A stretch of DNA of 58,927 bases from Clostridia bacterium. GTDB lineage: Bacteria > Bacillota > Clostridia > Christensenellales > QALW01. The stretch lies in the NCBI GenBank assembly GCA_045537705.1, contig JAZSPY010000036.1, positions 1-58,927 on the forward strand. Direction: 5' to 3'. Positions within the stretch are counted from its first letter, which is position 1. Each line of letters begins with the position of its first letter. This document shows, one piece after another, positions 48,864-58,811 of the stretch. The position numbers and the translations under genes are program-made. The notes beneath the pieces were generated by a model, which was not told where the DNA came from, made no database searches, and saw only the letters and a program-made list of their open reading frames with translations.

Positions 48864-49537
48864 AATACAAAAAAATAGTTAAAGGAACGTTTATTGAACG
48901 CCCTAACAGATTTATTGCATATGTTGATATAGCGGGTAAAACTGAAATTTGCCACGTTTTAAATACGGGCAGATGCAAGGAACTTTTAAAAAAAGGCGCA
49001 ACCGTATATTTAAACGAAAGCAGTAATTTAAACCGTAAAACAAAATACGATGTTGTAAAAGTAATAAAAGGCGATAAACTGATAAATATGGATTCAATGG
49101 CGCCCAATAAAGCGGCGGAAGAATTTTATAAAAAACAGTTTAAAAACGTTAAAAGGGAAGTAACCTATAAAAATTCCCGTTTTGATCTTTATATAGAAGA
49201 TAATAATACTTTTATAGAAGTTAAGGGCGTAACTTTAGAACAAGATAATATTGCTATGTTTCCTGATGCACCAACGATTAGGGGCAGAAAACATATTTAC
49301 GAGCTTGTTGACGCAGTTAAAAACGGTTTTAATGCAAAAATTCTTTTTGTTATTCAGTTTAATGGGGCAACACAGTTTATCCCCAATTATAAAACTGACC
49401 CCCAGTTTAAAGAAGCATTAAAGTTTGCACAAAAAAACGGTGTGGAAATTTTAGCCTACGATTGCCTGGTAACAGAAGAAACTATTAAAATAAATGAAAG
49501 GGTAGAAGTATGTTTGGATTGGTTGCTGCCGATATAA
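48860..49537 (+). CDS. sfsA: Sugar fermentation stimulation protein A (SfsA nuclease-fold protein)
   Basis: FIERPNRFIAYV N-terminus, the FIEVKGVTL core and a length of 225 aa. Confidence 0.85.
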   Translation: MKYKKIVKGTFIERPNRFIAYVDIAGKTEICHVLNTGRCKELLKKGATVYLNESSNLNRKTKYDVVKVIKGDKLINMDSMAPNKAAEEFYKKQFKNVKREVTYKNSRFDLYIEDNNTFIEVKGVTLEQDNIAMFPDAPTIRGRKHIYELVDAVKNGFNAKILFVIQFNGATQFIPNYKTDPQFKEALKFAQKNGVEILAYDCLVTEETIKINERVEVCLDWLLPI

Positions 49538-50313
49538 ACGCATTAACTGAATCGGATAAAAAAATATACAATTCGTTTTATTGTGGATTATGTAAAACGA
49601 TCGGTAAAAACTTTGATAATTTCAGCCGTATAACTTTAAACTACGATCTAACTTTTTTGTATTTATTTTTAACCTCGTATTTTGATGAACAAGTGGAAGA
49701 AAAGGATATTCGTTGTGCGGTTCACCCTTTAAAAACAAGAACTGCATATATGAACAAGTATGCAGAATACTGTTCCTATATGAATATTTTGCTTACTTAT
49801 TATAAGTTGGAAGATGATGTTAATGATGAAGGATTATTGCTTGCAAAATTAGGCAAAACTCTTTTTAATAAGCAGAAAGAGGCGGCAAAAAGCAAGTATC
49901 CAATAAAAAATGAAAGAATTTTTGATTGCCTTAAAAGGTTAAATGAAGTTGAAAAACAAGATGAACATAATGCGGATATTCCTGCAAGTATATTTGGTGA
50001 ACTTATGGGGTATTTGTTTGATATAAACGGAGATGATTTAAAATTAATGGAGTTTGGCAAAAGGTTAGGCAAAGTAATTTATATAATGGATGCTGCCCTT
50101 GATTTTAAAAAAGATTTAAAAAAGTGCCGATATAATCCTTTGATTGAAACAAAAAGAGAAAATTTTCAGCAAATTTTAACAATTCTTTTAAATGACGTTA
50201 CAGAAATTTATGGTACAATGAATATAGTAAAAAACAAAACGATAATTGATAACGTATTATATTCAGGAATATGGTATCAGTTCAGAAAGGGAAAAACTGA
50301 TGGATCCTTATAA
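49510..50313 (+). CDS. Hypothetical protein with an N-terminal YCGLCK motif (DUF5685-like by recollection)
   Basis: 267-aa ORF that overlaps both neighbouring genes (sfsA by 28 nt, the J-domain gene by 14 nt). Confidence 0.45.
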   Translation: MFGLVAADINALTESDKKIYNSFYCGLCKTIGKNFDNFSRITLNYDLTFLYLFLTSYFDEQVEEKDIRCAVHPLKTRTAYMNKYAEYCSYMNILLTYYKLEDDVNDEGLLLAKLGKTLFNKQKEAAKSKYPIKNERIFDCLKRLNEVEKQDEHNADIPASIFGELMGYLFDINGDDLKLMEFGKRLGKVIYIMDAALDFKKDLKKCRYNPLIETKRENFQQILTILLNDVTEIYGTMNIVKNKTIIDNVLYSGIWYQFRKGKTDGSL

Positions 50314-50890
50314 AGTATTGGGCGTTTCGCCTGATGCGAGCATGGAAGAAATTTCAAAAGCCTACAAAAAGCTTGCCAAAAAATATCATCCTGACCTTAA
50401 TCCCAATAACAAGCAAGCCGAAGAGAAGATGCATCAGATAAACGAAGCCTACGATCTTATCCGTTCAGGTAAAGCAACAAGCGGCGGATATAACGATTAC
50501 ACAGGTTATGGGCAAAACAATTATCAAAATAACGATATTTTTTATGCGGTAAGAAGATGTATTCAGATGGGGCAGTTTTATGATGCCTTAAGATTACTTG
50601 ATTCAACAAATATCAGAAACGGGCAGTGGTATTATCTTGCTTCTGTTACACATTTTAATTTAGGTAATAAGGCAACGGCAATCAAGTATATTGAAGAAGC
50701 TTTACGCTTTGAACCTAATAATAGCGAGTTTCGTTCCTTTTATCAACAGCTTAATTATTATGGGCAAAATTATTCTAATAAAAGAACTGTTTACACAAAT
50801 ATGAATCCAAGAATTTGTACCGGCATTATTCCTACACTTCTTTGTTGTTTAACAGGTGGCAGATGCTGGCCCTGGTTCTGTTGTATTTAA
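50300..50890 (+). CDS. J-domain protein with a TPR-like middle region and a cysteine-rich hydrophobic C-terminus
   Basis: The likely start is MDPYKVLGV (the track gives 50246). HPD motif KKYHPDLNP. The C-terminus is [26 protein letters not shown]. Confidence 0.75.
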   Translation: MDPYKVLGVSPDASMEEISKAYKKLAKKYHPDLNPNNKQAEEKMHQINEAYDLIRSGKATSGGYNDYTGYGQNNYQNNDIFYAVRRCIQMGQFYDALRLLDSTNIRNGQWYYLASVTHFNLGNKATAIKYIEEALRFEPNNSEFRSFYQQLNYYGQNYSNKRTVYTNMNPRICTGIIPTLLCCLTGGRCWPWFCCI

Positions 50891-50973
50891 AGATGCTTTT
50901 TAAGCATCTTTTTTCTTGCCTATTAGCATAAAACTTGATATAATGATATAAATACATAAAAAAGGAAATAAAA

Positions 50974-51411
50974 ATGAAAGTTAACGTAAAAAAGTTAAAC
51001 GAAAAAGCATTTTTACCAACCTATGGTACTGAATTTTCAGCAGGGGCTGATCTTTATGCTTTATTGGATGAACCTGTAACTGTAAAAAAAGGCGAAACAA
51101 AGCTTATAAAAACAGGTTTAGCTATGGAAATTCCCGAAAATTTCGTTGGTTTAATTTATGCCCGTAGCGGTCTTGCTACAAAAAAAGGGCTTGCACCTGC
51201 AAACAAAGTTGGTGTTATTGATAGCGATTACAGGGGCGAAATTATGGTTGCTCTTTTAAATCACGGCGAACAGGATCAAGTGATTGAAAACGGTGAACGT
51301 ATTGCGCAACTTGTTATTGCGCCGTTTGTTCAGGCTGATTTTGAGATTAAGGAAGAATTAAACGATACCGTTCGTGGCCAAGGCGGATTCGGTTCAACAG
51401 GAACAAAATAA
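50974..51411 (+). CDS. dut: dUTP diphosphatase
   Basis: 145 aa with motifs AGADL, RSG, GVIDSDYRGE and C-terminal RGQGGFGSTG. Confidence 0.92.
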   Translation: MKVNVKKLNEKAFLPTYGTEFSAGADLYALLDEPVTVKKGETKLIKTGLAMEIPENFVGLIYARSGLATKKGLAPANKVGVIDSDYRGEIMVALLNHGEQDQVIENGERIAQLVIAPFVQADFEIKEELNDTVRGQGGFGSTGTK

Positions 51412-51463
51412 TATTTTGTAGACTAGTTGAATATAAATATAAAAAATGCTTTAGGAGAATAAA

Positions 51464-52000
51464 ATGGGTTTTTTAGAAAGATTTTGGCATCAGATCATAA
51501 TTATCCTGCTTTCTTGCGTACCTTTAATTGAATCACGTTACGCCATTGTTGTAGGCATGACTTTGTTTAAAGAAATAAGTACTGTTGAATTGTTTGTTCT
51601 TTCGCAACTTGGCGCATTCTTTATAAGCCTTGTTTTACTTTTATTGTTAAAACCTGTGTTTAAGTGGATGAAAAGCACCAGGCTTTTTAAAAGTATGATT
51701 GAAAAACTTGAAAGCCACGGCAAAAAGAAAGGCGAAAAACTTCAGGGTAAAATTGAAAATTCAAAAAGCAACAGTGCAAAGGTACTGGCATCTGTTATAG
51801 GTGTTTTCTTGTTTGTTGCAATTCCGTTGCCCGGCACAGGCGTTTGGACAGGTAGCCTTGTTGCAACGCTTTTAGATATTAGATTTAAGTATGCCTTTCC
51901 TGCAGTTTGCATTGGTAGTATTGTTGCAACATTAATAATGGTTCTTGTTGGCGGTGCTTTTATGGCAGCACCAGATTGGTTGGCATCATGGTTAATGTAA
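51464..52000 (+). CDS. Small multidrug export protein family (COG2426) membrane protein
   Basis: 178 aa with 4 TM helices. IESRYAIVVG and IPLPGTGVWTG are typical of this family. Confidence 0.65.
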   Translation: MGFLERFWHQIIIILLSCVPLIESRYAIVVGMTLFKEISTVELFVLSQLGAFFISLVLLLLLKPVFKWMKSTRLFKSMIEKLESHGKKKGEKLQGKIENSKSNSAKVLASVIGVFLFVAIPLPGTGVWTGSLVATLLDIRFKYAFPAVCIGSIVATLIMVLVGGAFMAAPDWLASWLM

Positions 52001-54204
52001 CCGGCACAGTTGAAGGCATCATTTACCGTAACGATGAAAACGGTTATACGGTATTTGTGCTTAACGCTAACGATAGTTTTGAAACTGTAACAGGCACCTT
52101 CCCATTAATTCGGGAAGGTGATTTTATAACTGTTTTTGGACTTTTTGTTGAACACGAAGTTTACGGAACGCAGTTTAAGGCTACAAGCTACGAAATGGCT
52201 GTGCCAAAGAGTGTTGAAGAAATTGAAGCATTTTTAAGTTCAGGAATAATTAAGGGTATCGGCCCTAAAACTGCAAGGGATATCGTTGATTATTTTGGTG
52301 CTTCAGCCTTGGAAATCGTTGAAAAATCCCCTGAAAAACTTTGCCTTGTTCAAGGAATAGGGCAAAAAAAAGTTGAAACTATCAGGGAATCCTATATGGA
52401 AATATTTGATGCAAGGCGCGCGGTAATGTTCTTGCAAAAGTATGGTGTTAATGCTAAAACCGCATTAAAGATTTTTGCTTTTTACGGCGATCAAGCAGTT
52501 GAAAAAATTCAAGAAAACCCTTACCGCCTTGTAAAAGAAATCAATGGTATCGGCTTTTTAACTGCAGATAAAATTGCAGGGGAAATGGGTGTAGATAAAA
52601 ACTCAAAATACAGGATAAATGCAGGCATTTTACACGCTTTAATTGAAGCAGGTAACGAAGGGCATACCTATTTACCTGAAAACGTTTTATTAAACCGTAC
52701 AAGCTTTTTACTTAACGTTAACGAAGATTTAATTTCTGCTCAATTTTTGCCCCTTGCAAGTGAGCAAACTATTATTTTAAGGGAAATAGATGGGCAAAAG
52801 TGCGTTTATCACCCAAGCTATTTTTATGCCGAAGCCATTGTGGCGGGCAGCCTTATTTCCCTAAACGCTTCAGTAAAAGAAAATAAGGAAACCAGAATAT
52901 TAAAAGAGATTGAAGCCTACGAAAAAACAAAAAAAATCACCCTTGCAAAAAATCAAAGGGAAGCCGTTGTAAGCGCAATCAATAATGGAATAACGATAAT
53001 TACAGGTGGTCCCGGCACAGGAAAAACCACCACTCTTGATTGTATTTTGCATCTTTTTTCAAAGCGTGGGGCAAATATTGCCCTTTGCGCACCAACAGGC
53101 AGAGCGGCAAAAAGAATGGGTACTGCAACAGGGCAGGATGCCAAAACAATTCACCGCTTGCTTGAATATTCACGCCTTGATGAAGGCGGATTTGTGTTTA
53201 AAATCAATAAAGATAACCCCTTAAGTGCAGATGTTATTATTGTTGATGAAGCCAGTATGATTGATATTTTCTTAATGCAGGCATTACTTGAAGGCATTAA
53301 AAAAGGCGCAAGGCTTATTATCGTTGGGGATGCTGATCAGTTGGCTTCCGTTGGCGCAGGCAACGTTTTAGGGGATATGATAGCATCAGATGCCTTTGTA
53401 ACGGTAAAGTTAAACGAAATTTTCCGTCAGGCGCAGGAAAGCACCATTGTTACCAATGCCCATAAAATAAATAACGGTTTAATGCCTCAGGTAAACGTTA
53501 AGGGCGGGGATTTTTATTTAGAGAGAAAAAATAACGAACTTGAAATTGTTAAAACGGTGGTTGACCTTGTAAAAAATCGTTTGCCTAATAAGTATGAAGT
53601 TTCACCTATTTTGGATATACAGGTTTTAACCCCTGTAAAAAAAGGTGTAACAGGGGTGTTTAACCTTAATAAAGTGCTTCAGGCAGAACTTAACCCTAAA
53701 GATAAAAACAAAAAAGAACATATCTTTGGTGAAACTGTTTTCCGCCAGGGCGATAAAGTAATGCAGATACGTAATAATTATGATAGAATCTATCAAGTAC
53801 AAGAAAAGTTTGGCAACTTTATTGAAGGCACAGGCGTATTTAACGGTGATAGCGGAATCATTAAAGATATTGATCTTCCATCAAGGGAACTTACTGTTAA
53901 GTTTGATGATAACAGAATTTCAGTTTATGATTTTAACGATTTGGAAGAACTTTCGCTTTCTTATGCAATAAGCGTGCATAAAAGCCAGGGGTGTGAATTT
54001 CCTTTTGTAGTGTTACCCATGCCTTTAAGTAACATCAGAATTTTAACAAGAAATCTATTATATACTGCAGTAACAAGGGCAAAAAAACTTGTTGTTTGTT
54101 GCACAAATGAGCAGTCAATTCATTTTGCTGTTAACAATATAGACACACAAAAGCGATATTCAGCGTTAGATAAAAGGCTAAAAACTGCTAAAAATTTACT
54201 ATAA
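51988..54204 (+). CDS. recD2: RecD2-type (RecD/TraA family, YrrC-like) ATP-dependent DNA helicase
   Basis: N-terminal GTVEGIIYRNDENGYTVF OB-like domain, HhH region, Walker A GGPGTGKTT, DEASM, and C-terminal SVHKSQG. ATG 51988 overlaps the upstream gene by 13 nt. Confidence 0.88.
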   Translation: MVNVTGTVEGIIYRNDENGYTVFVLNANDSFETVTGTFPLIREGDFITVFGLFVEHEVYGTQFKATSYEMAVPKSVEEIEAFLSSGIIKGIGPKTARDIVDYFGASALEIVEKSPEKLCLVQGIGQKKVETIRESYMEIFDARRAVMFLQKYGVNAKTALKIFAFYGDQAVEKIQENPYRLVKEINGIGFLTADKIAGEMGVDKNSKYRINAGILHALIEAGNEGHTYLPENVLLNRTSFLLNVNEDLISAQFLPLASEQTIILREIDGQKCVYHPSYFYAEAIVAGSLISLNASVKENKETRILKEIEAYEKTKKITLAKNQREAVVSAINNGITIITGGPGTGKTTTLDCILHLFSKRGANIALCAPTGRAAKRMGTATGQDAKTIHRLLEYSRLDEGGFVFKINKDNPLSADVIIVDEASMIDIFLMQALLEGIKKGARLIIVGDADQLASVGAGNVLGDMIASDAFVTVKLNEIFRQAQESTIVTNAHKINNGLMPQVNVKGGDFYLERKNNELEIVKTVVDLVKNRLPNKYEVSPILDIQVLTPVKKGVTGVFNLNKVLQAELNPKDKNKKEHIFGETVFRQGDKVMQIRNNYDRIYQVQEKFGNFIEGTGVFNGDSGIIKDIDLPSRELTVKFDDNRISVYDFNDLEELSLSYAISVHKSQGCEFPFVVLPMPLSNIRILTRNLLYTAVTRAKKLVVCCTNEQSIHFAVNNIDTQKRYSALDKRLKTAKNLL

Positions 54205-54259
54205 ATGTGCAAATTTTAACTATTTGTTAAAAAATTTTAGTTATTCTAAGAAAAAAGGG

Positions 54260-54288
54260 TTGCATTTGCTTTTTTCATATTGTATAAT
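54260..54288 (+). promoter_or_regulatory. Near-consensus SigA promoter with a 5' leader of about 120 nt
   Basis: TTGCAT (54260-54265), 17 nt, TATAAT (54283-54288). Confidence 0.65.
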
Positions 54289-54413
54289 ATTTGTGTTTAC
54301 GAATAAAGTTTTTAATGGAATTATGAAGAATGCCAATAAATAGTACTTGTATGTGTAACTCATTTATCCGTGGGGCTTTACGTTAAACAAAAAAATTAAT
54401 GGGGGACATAAAC

Positions 54414-54686
54414 ATGTACGAAGATAAGACTTTGGTTTGCAAAGACTGCGGTAAGGAATTTGTTTTCACAGCAGGTGAACAGGAATTCTATGCAGAAAAA
54501 GGTCTCAAAAACGAACCCGGCCGTTGCCGTGAATGCCGTCAGGCAAAGCGTAACGCAAGCCGTGGACCAAGAGAGATGTTTGATGCAGTTTGTGCAGAAT
54601 GCGGCAAACCCACACAGGTGCCCTTCCAGCCTAAGGAAGACAGACCTGTTTATTGTGATGAATGCTTTAAAGCACGCCGTTCATAA
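54414..54686 (+). CDS. Small double zinc-ribbon protein (two CxxC...CxxC units)
   Basis: ATG 54414 lies 7 nt after GGGGGA (the track starts at 54399). The duplicated pattern is CKDCGKEF.F...EQEFY..KG....P.RC.EC and CAECGK...VPF.P...RPVYCDEC. Confidence 0.7.
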   Translation: MYEDKTLVCKDCGKEFVFTAGEQEFYAEKGLKNEPGRCRECRQAKRNASRGPREMFDAVCAECGKPTQVPFQPKEDRPVYCDECFKARRS

Positions 54687-54700
54687 TAAAACATACGTAC

Positions 54701-54734
54701 AAAAAAACGCTAACCGATTGGTTAGCGTTTTTTA
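54701..54734. terminator. Bidirectional terminator
   Basis: aaaaa-aacgctaacc-gatt-ggttagcgtt-ttttt. Confidence 0.85.
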
Positions 54735-54736
54735 TT

Positions 54737-57700
54737 TTATTCAGTTCTTAATGCTTCAACAGGATCTTTGTTTGCGGCAATTTTCGCAGGGAACAAGCCG
54801 GCGATTATTGTAAAGAAAATACTTACAAACATTAAAACCACACCGCCAATAAAGGGCAGATATGCTGTTAGGGTAGGTATGCCTGAAAGTGCGCGGATTA
54901 TAGCGTTTGCAGGATAGCAAAGTATAATTGTAAAGATAATGCCTATTGCACCGGAAATAAATCCTATAATAAACGTTTCGGCATTAAACACCCTTGAAAT
55001 ATCTTTCTTGGATGCACCGATTGAACGAAGCACACCGATTTCTTTTGTGCGTTCAAGCACTGAAATATAGGTGATAATGCCTATCATAATTGATGAAACA
55101 ACTAATGAGATTGAAACGAATGCAATTAAAACGTAGGTTATTGCATCAATAATGGTTGTTACTGATGACATTATTATTGCGGCATAATCAGTATATGTTA
55201 TTTTGCTTTCTTCATCTACAGAATTATTATAATCTGTAATAATATCACTAACAACGTCCTTATCATTAAAGGTTGAAACGTAAATGTTAATTGATGAAGG
55301 GGAATCTGCATCTAAAACACCTAACTTGTTAAAGTTTTCTTTTAATGTTGAAGCAGACGTTTTAGGCGGCATACAATCATCGTATCCCTGAACAAGCTTT
55401 TCATCAGTTAAAGTGATATAGTAATTATCAAAAGCCTTTGCAAGTTTTTGTATTGAATTTATTGATGCTGCAGAAGCATATTGCTTATATAAATCAGTTG
55501 CTGTGTTTGTTGCAAGCTTATCAACAGTTGCATTTATTGAAGCATCATCAAGAGCCATATAATATGCCATAATCTGTTCTTTGGGCATATCGGTGGTTTT
55601 TGAATATTCGCTAACAATATACATAACCTTCGCGTTGCGATCGGTTAATTTACTAAGAATCTGTTGTTTATATGGCACAAGTTCTTCCTTTGTAGGAGTA
55701 AGGATGATAGCATTAAGTTGTTTTTGCGCGTTATCTTTATGCTGGGCTATAAGCATTTCCTTAATGGAACTTCTTACCATGTCGTTAAGTTCCTGATCGG
55801 TATAGCCATCAATAAAGGATTTAATTGATTCTTCATCAAGACCTGCATTTTTAACGTATTCATCCATAATCATTTTTTCTAATGATGCTCTGTCAGGATA
55901 CTGCGCCATCATTTGATCAAGAGTTTCATTGATAGTTTCTGTATCAGGAACTGAAAGAAGCGTTAAATACATTTCCGCTTTTTTACTATCAGTTAAAGAT
56001 TTAAAATAATCTTTCATTTCTTTTGCCTGTTGGCTTAAAGAAGGTGTAACTTCATTTTCAATAGTAAAGGGAAGATTTGTAAAAATGTCGTTATTTTTAT
56101 TTATTTCATCCTTTTGTGCTTTTACAATCTGAGAATTATTGGTGTAATCAATAATATACTCTGCAAGATCATGGGTGTAATAAAGGCTTGCGCCACCCAT
56201 TGAAACGTTGGCGTCTTCTTTGGGGCGGATAATACCTTTAATTTCAAGGTCAAGACCTTTGGAATTTATAACGTCCATTGAATCCTTGTTATCGCTTATA
56301 TCTTCCCAAATTTTATCTTCTTCATTGAACTTATAATAATCTGTGGAACATATAAGCTTAAACTTTGTGCCTATAATTTCATCATATGAAAAGCTTGTTT
56401 CTATCTGTTCAACTTCTTCACCCTTTTGTGCGGCAACGGTATCTTTTATAAGTTTATCCGTTGTAACAAGGCCTAAAGAGTGTAAGGTTATATCAGATAC
56501 TTCGTTGTTTTTATCAAGCACAAGTATAATATGTGATTTATCCGTAGGCCAAGAACCTGCAATAAGATCATACTGGTCGGTAATAATATCAGAAACGTTT
56601 TCACCGTTTAAACCTGAAATAAATTCTGCCCAGGTGTTATAACTCATAAAACTCTGGGACATTTGCCCCATAATAGAAGTTGATGACATCTGGCTTGAAT
56701 CTGTTCCCATCATAGAAGAAAAAACTTCCATAATATCGGATTTCTGATATGCGCCGTCAGTTGTTTTTGCATAGATATTTAAAGGAACGTCATAAAAATA
56801 CTGTATTGCACGAACGTGTTCGTTTATATTTGATTTGCCGCTTGTAAAATAATTTTTAAGGCCTTTAAGGTCGTTTTTTATAACGGTAGAGTTGTTCATA
56901 CTGTTAGCAAGATCATACATAACCGAGCTTGCATAAACTTTATCTTTAGGGTGCTGCTTGCTATTTTCTTCTGCGCCCATCAAGGTAGAGATCATGCTGG
57001 ACATATCCATCTGTTCAGCCTGTATCTGAATGGGGTAAGAAGTTAATGTATCTTCCTGCACCTGATCAATATATGCTTTAATACCGCTTGAAAGGGCTAA
57101 AATTAAAGCGATACCGATAATACCGATTGAACCTGCAAAACTTGTTAAAAAGGTTCGTGCCTTTTTAGTCATTAAATTATTTAATGAAAGGGAAAGGGCT
57201 GTAAAAAGACTCATTGAAGGCTTTTTGATTTTTTTGCCTGAATCCTTTTCGTCCTTTTCTTCGCAAGGATTAGTATCATCAATAATCTTACCGTCTTTTA
57301 ATCTTACGATACGGTTAGAATATTCATCTGCTAGATCAGGGTTATGGGTAACCATAATAACAAGGCGATCTTTGGAAACTTCCTTTAAAAGCTCCATAAT
57401 CTGTACGCTTGTTACTGAATCTAGGGCACCTGTTGGTTCATCAGCTAAAAGAATATCAGGGTCGTTTACCAAAGCCCTTGCAATAGCAACCCTTTGCATC
57501 TGACCACCGGACATCTGGTTTGGTTTTTTATGAAGCTGATCACCTAATCCAACTTTTTCTAATGCTTGTTTTGCCTTTTGCCTTCTTTCCTTGCGGGAAA
57601 CACCCGAAAGCGTTAAAGCCAATTCAACGTTAGATAAAACGCTTTGATGGGGAATAAGGTTATAACTTTGGAAAACAAAGCCGATAGAATGATTGCGATA

Positions 57701-57937
57701 AGTATCCCAATCGTTATCCTTAAACTTTTTGGTGGATTTACCGTTGATAACAAGATCACCGCTTGTGTATTGATCAAGACCGCCCACAATGTTTAAAAGT
57801 GTGGTTTTACCGCTTCCGCTGGGGCCAAGGATTGAAACGAATTCGTTATCCCTGAAGGTAAGCGAAACGTCATCAAGTGCGTGAACTGTATTATCACCGC
57901 TTAAATAACTTTTTTTGATGTTTTTAAGTACTAACAA
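54737..57937 (-). CDS. Fused ABC transporter ATPase plus MacB/FtsX-type permease, with a very large extracytoplasmic domain
   Basis: TTG start 9 nt after AAAGGTG. N-terminal motifs GPSGSGKTT, MSGGQMQR and LLADEPTG. TM1 is near residues 260-285, a hydrophilic region of about 630 aa follows, and the FtsX-type TM2-4 are at the C-terminus. Confidence 0.8.
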   Translation of the reverse strand: MLVLKNIKKSYLSGDNTVHALDDVSLTFRDNEFVSILGPSGSGKTTLLNIVGGLDQYTSGDLVINGKSTKKFKDNDWDTYRNHSIGFVFQSYNLIPHQSVLSNVELALTLSGVSRKERRQKAKQALEKVGLGDQLHKKPNQMSGGQMQRVAIARALVNDPDILLADEPTGALDSVTSVQIMELLKEVSKDRLVIMVTHNPDLADEYSNRIVRLKDGKIIDDTNPCEEKDEKDSGKKIKKPSMSLFTALSLSLNNLMTKKARTFLTSFAGSIGIIGIALILALSSGIKAYIDQVQEDTLTSYPIQIQAEQMDMSSMISTLMGAEENSKQHPKDKVYASSVMYDLANSMNNSTVIKNDLKGLKNYFTSGKSNINEHVRAIQYFYDVPLNIYAKTTDGAYQKSDIMEVFSSMMGTDSSQMSSTSIMGQMSQSFMSYNTWAEFISGLNGENVSDIITDQYDLIAGSWPTDKSHIILVLDKNNEVSDITLHSLGLVTTDKLIKDTVAAQKGEEVEQIETSFSYDEIIGTKFKLICSTDYYKFNEEDKIWEDISDNKDSMDVINSKGLDLEIKGIIRPKEDANVSMGGASLYYTHDLAEYIIDYTNNSQIVKAQKDEINKNNDIFTNLPFTIENEVTPSLSQQAKEMKDYFKSLTDSKKAEMYLTLLSVPDTETINETLDQMMAQYPDRASLEKMIMDEYVKNAGLDEESIKSFIDGYTDQELNDMVRSSIKEMLIAQHKDNAQKQLNAIILTPTKEELVPYKQQILSKLTDRNAKVMYIVSEYSKTTDMPKEQIMAYYMALDDASINATVDKLATNTATDLYKQYASAASINSIQKLAKAFDNYYITLTDEKLVQGYDDCMPPKTSASTLKENFNKLGVLDADSPSSINIYVSTFNDKDVVSDIITDYNNSVDEESKITYTDYAAIIMSSVTTIIDAITYVLIAFVSISLVVSSIMIGIITYISVLERTKEIGVLRSIGASKKDISRVFNAETFIIGFISGAIGIIFTIILCYPANAIIRALSGIPTLTAYLPFIGGVVLMFVSIFFTIIAGLFPAKIAANKDPVEALRTE

Positions 57938-58124
57938 CTAAAAACACACCTTTCCAAAATAATCTATATTTAGATTATACCATATTTTTTAGAAAAAATA
58001 TGTAATTTAGGTAAAAATTATAAGAAAAAACGATTTTATTTATATAATAAATAAAAACTGCTTTTATTTGCGTAATATTTATGGTACAATGTATTTGGAA
58101 TATTTTGTGATTTAAGGGTTTTAT

Positions 58125-58811
58125 ATGGAAAATAAAGAAACTGCCTTTTCCCGAACAGAACAACTTATAGGAAAAGATGCATTTTTAAAACTTAAAAATA
58201 AAAACGTTATCGTCTTTGGTGTAGGTGGCGTTGGTTCTTACGCCATAGAAGCTATTATAAGATCAGGGGTAGAAAATATTACTGTAGTTGATAGTGATTG
58301 CGTTTCAATCAGCAATATTAACAGGCAGATAATTGCATTAAATTCTACGTTAGGTAAATTAAAAACAACCGTTATGAAAGAGAGAATTCTTGATATTAAC
58401 CCAAACGCAAAGGTTACTGAAAAACCTGTGTATTTTGATGAAAACACAAAAGGCGAAATTGATTTTTCTATCTATGATTACGTGGTTGATTGTATTGATA
58501 GCGTTAATTCAAAAGTTCTTTTAATAAAACAGGCAAAAGAAAACAACGTGCCTATTATTTCTTGTATGGGAACGGGAAATAAGTTAAACCCTTCTTTATT
58601 AGAAATTGCAGATATAAAAGATACAAGTTATTGTCCACTTGCAAGGGCAGTGCGCAATAAACTTAAAAAAGAAAATATATATTCTTTAACGGTTGTTTAT
58701 TCAAAAGAACAACCTAAAAAAAGTGAAGGGATGCCAAGTTCTTGCGCGTTTGTACCGTCTAGCGCAGGGCTTTTAATGGCATCACACGTTATAAGGGAGC
58801 TTATAAAATGA
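58125..58811 (+). CDS. tcdA: tRNA threonylcarbamoyladenosine dehydratase (ThiF/E1-like, TcdA/CsdL)
   Basis: GVGGVGS dinucleotide fold, DSDCVSISNINRQ, and the 228-aa length typical of TcdA. Confidence 0.8.
   Translation: MENKETAFSRTEQLIGKDAFLKLKNKNVIVFGVGGVGSYAIEAIIRSGVENITVVDSDCVSISNINRQIIALNSTLGKLKTTVMKERILDINPNAKVTEKPVYFDENTKGEIDFSIYDYVVDCIDSVNSKVLLIKQAKENNVPIISCMGTGNKLNPSLLEIADIKDTSYCPLARAVRNKLKKENIYSLTVVYSKEQPKKSEGMPSSCAFVPSSAGLLMASHVIRELIK

Noticed and set aside
51988-54204. RecD-like helicase as part of a defence system
   Set aside because: The full-length YrrC/RecD2 architecture is typical of the housekeeping helicase. The flanking genes (dut, a small export protein and a zinc-ribbon protein) include no nuclease, methylase or other defence partners.
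54460-54813. 117-aa alternative-frame ORF overlapping the zinc-ribbon gene and the terminator
   Set aside because: It runs out of frame through the CxxC gene and across the bidirectional terminator into the end of the ABC gene. It has no RBS.
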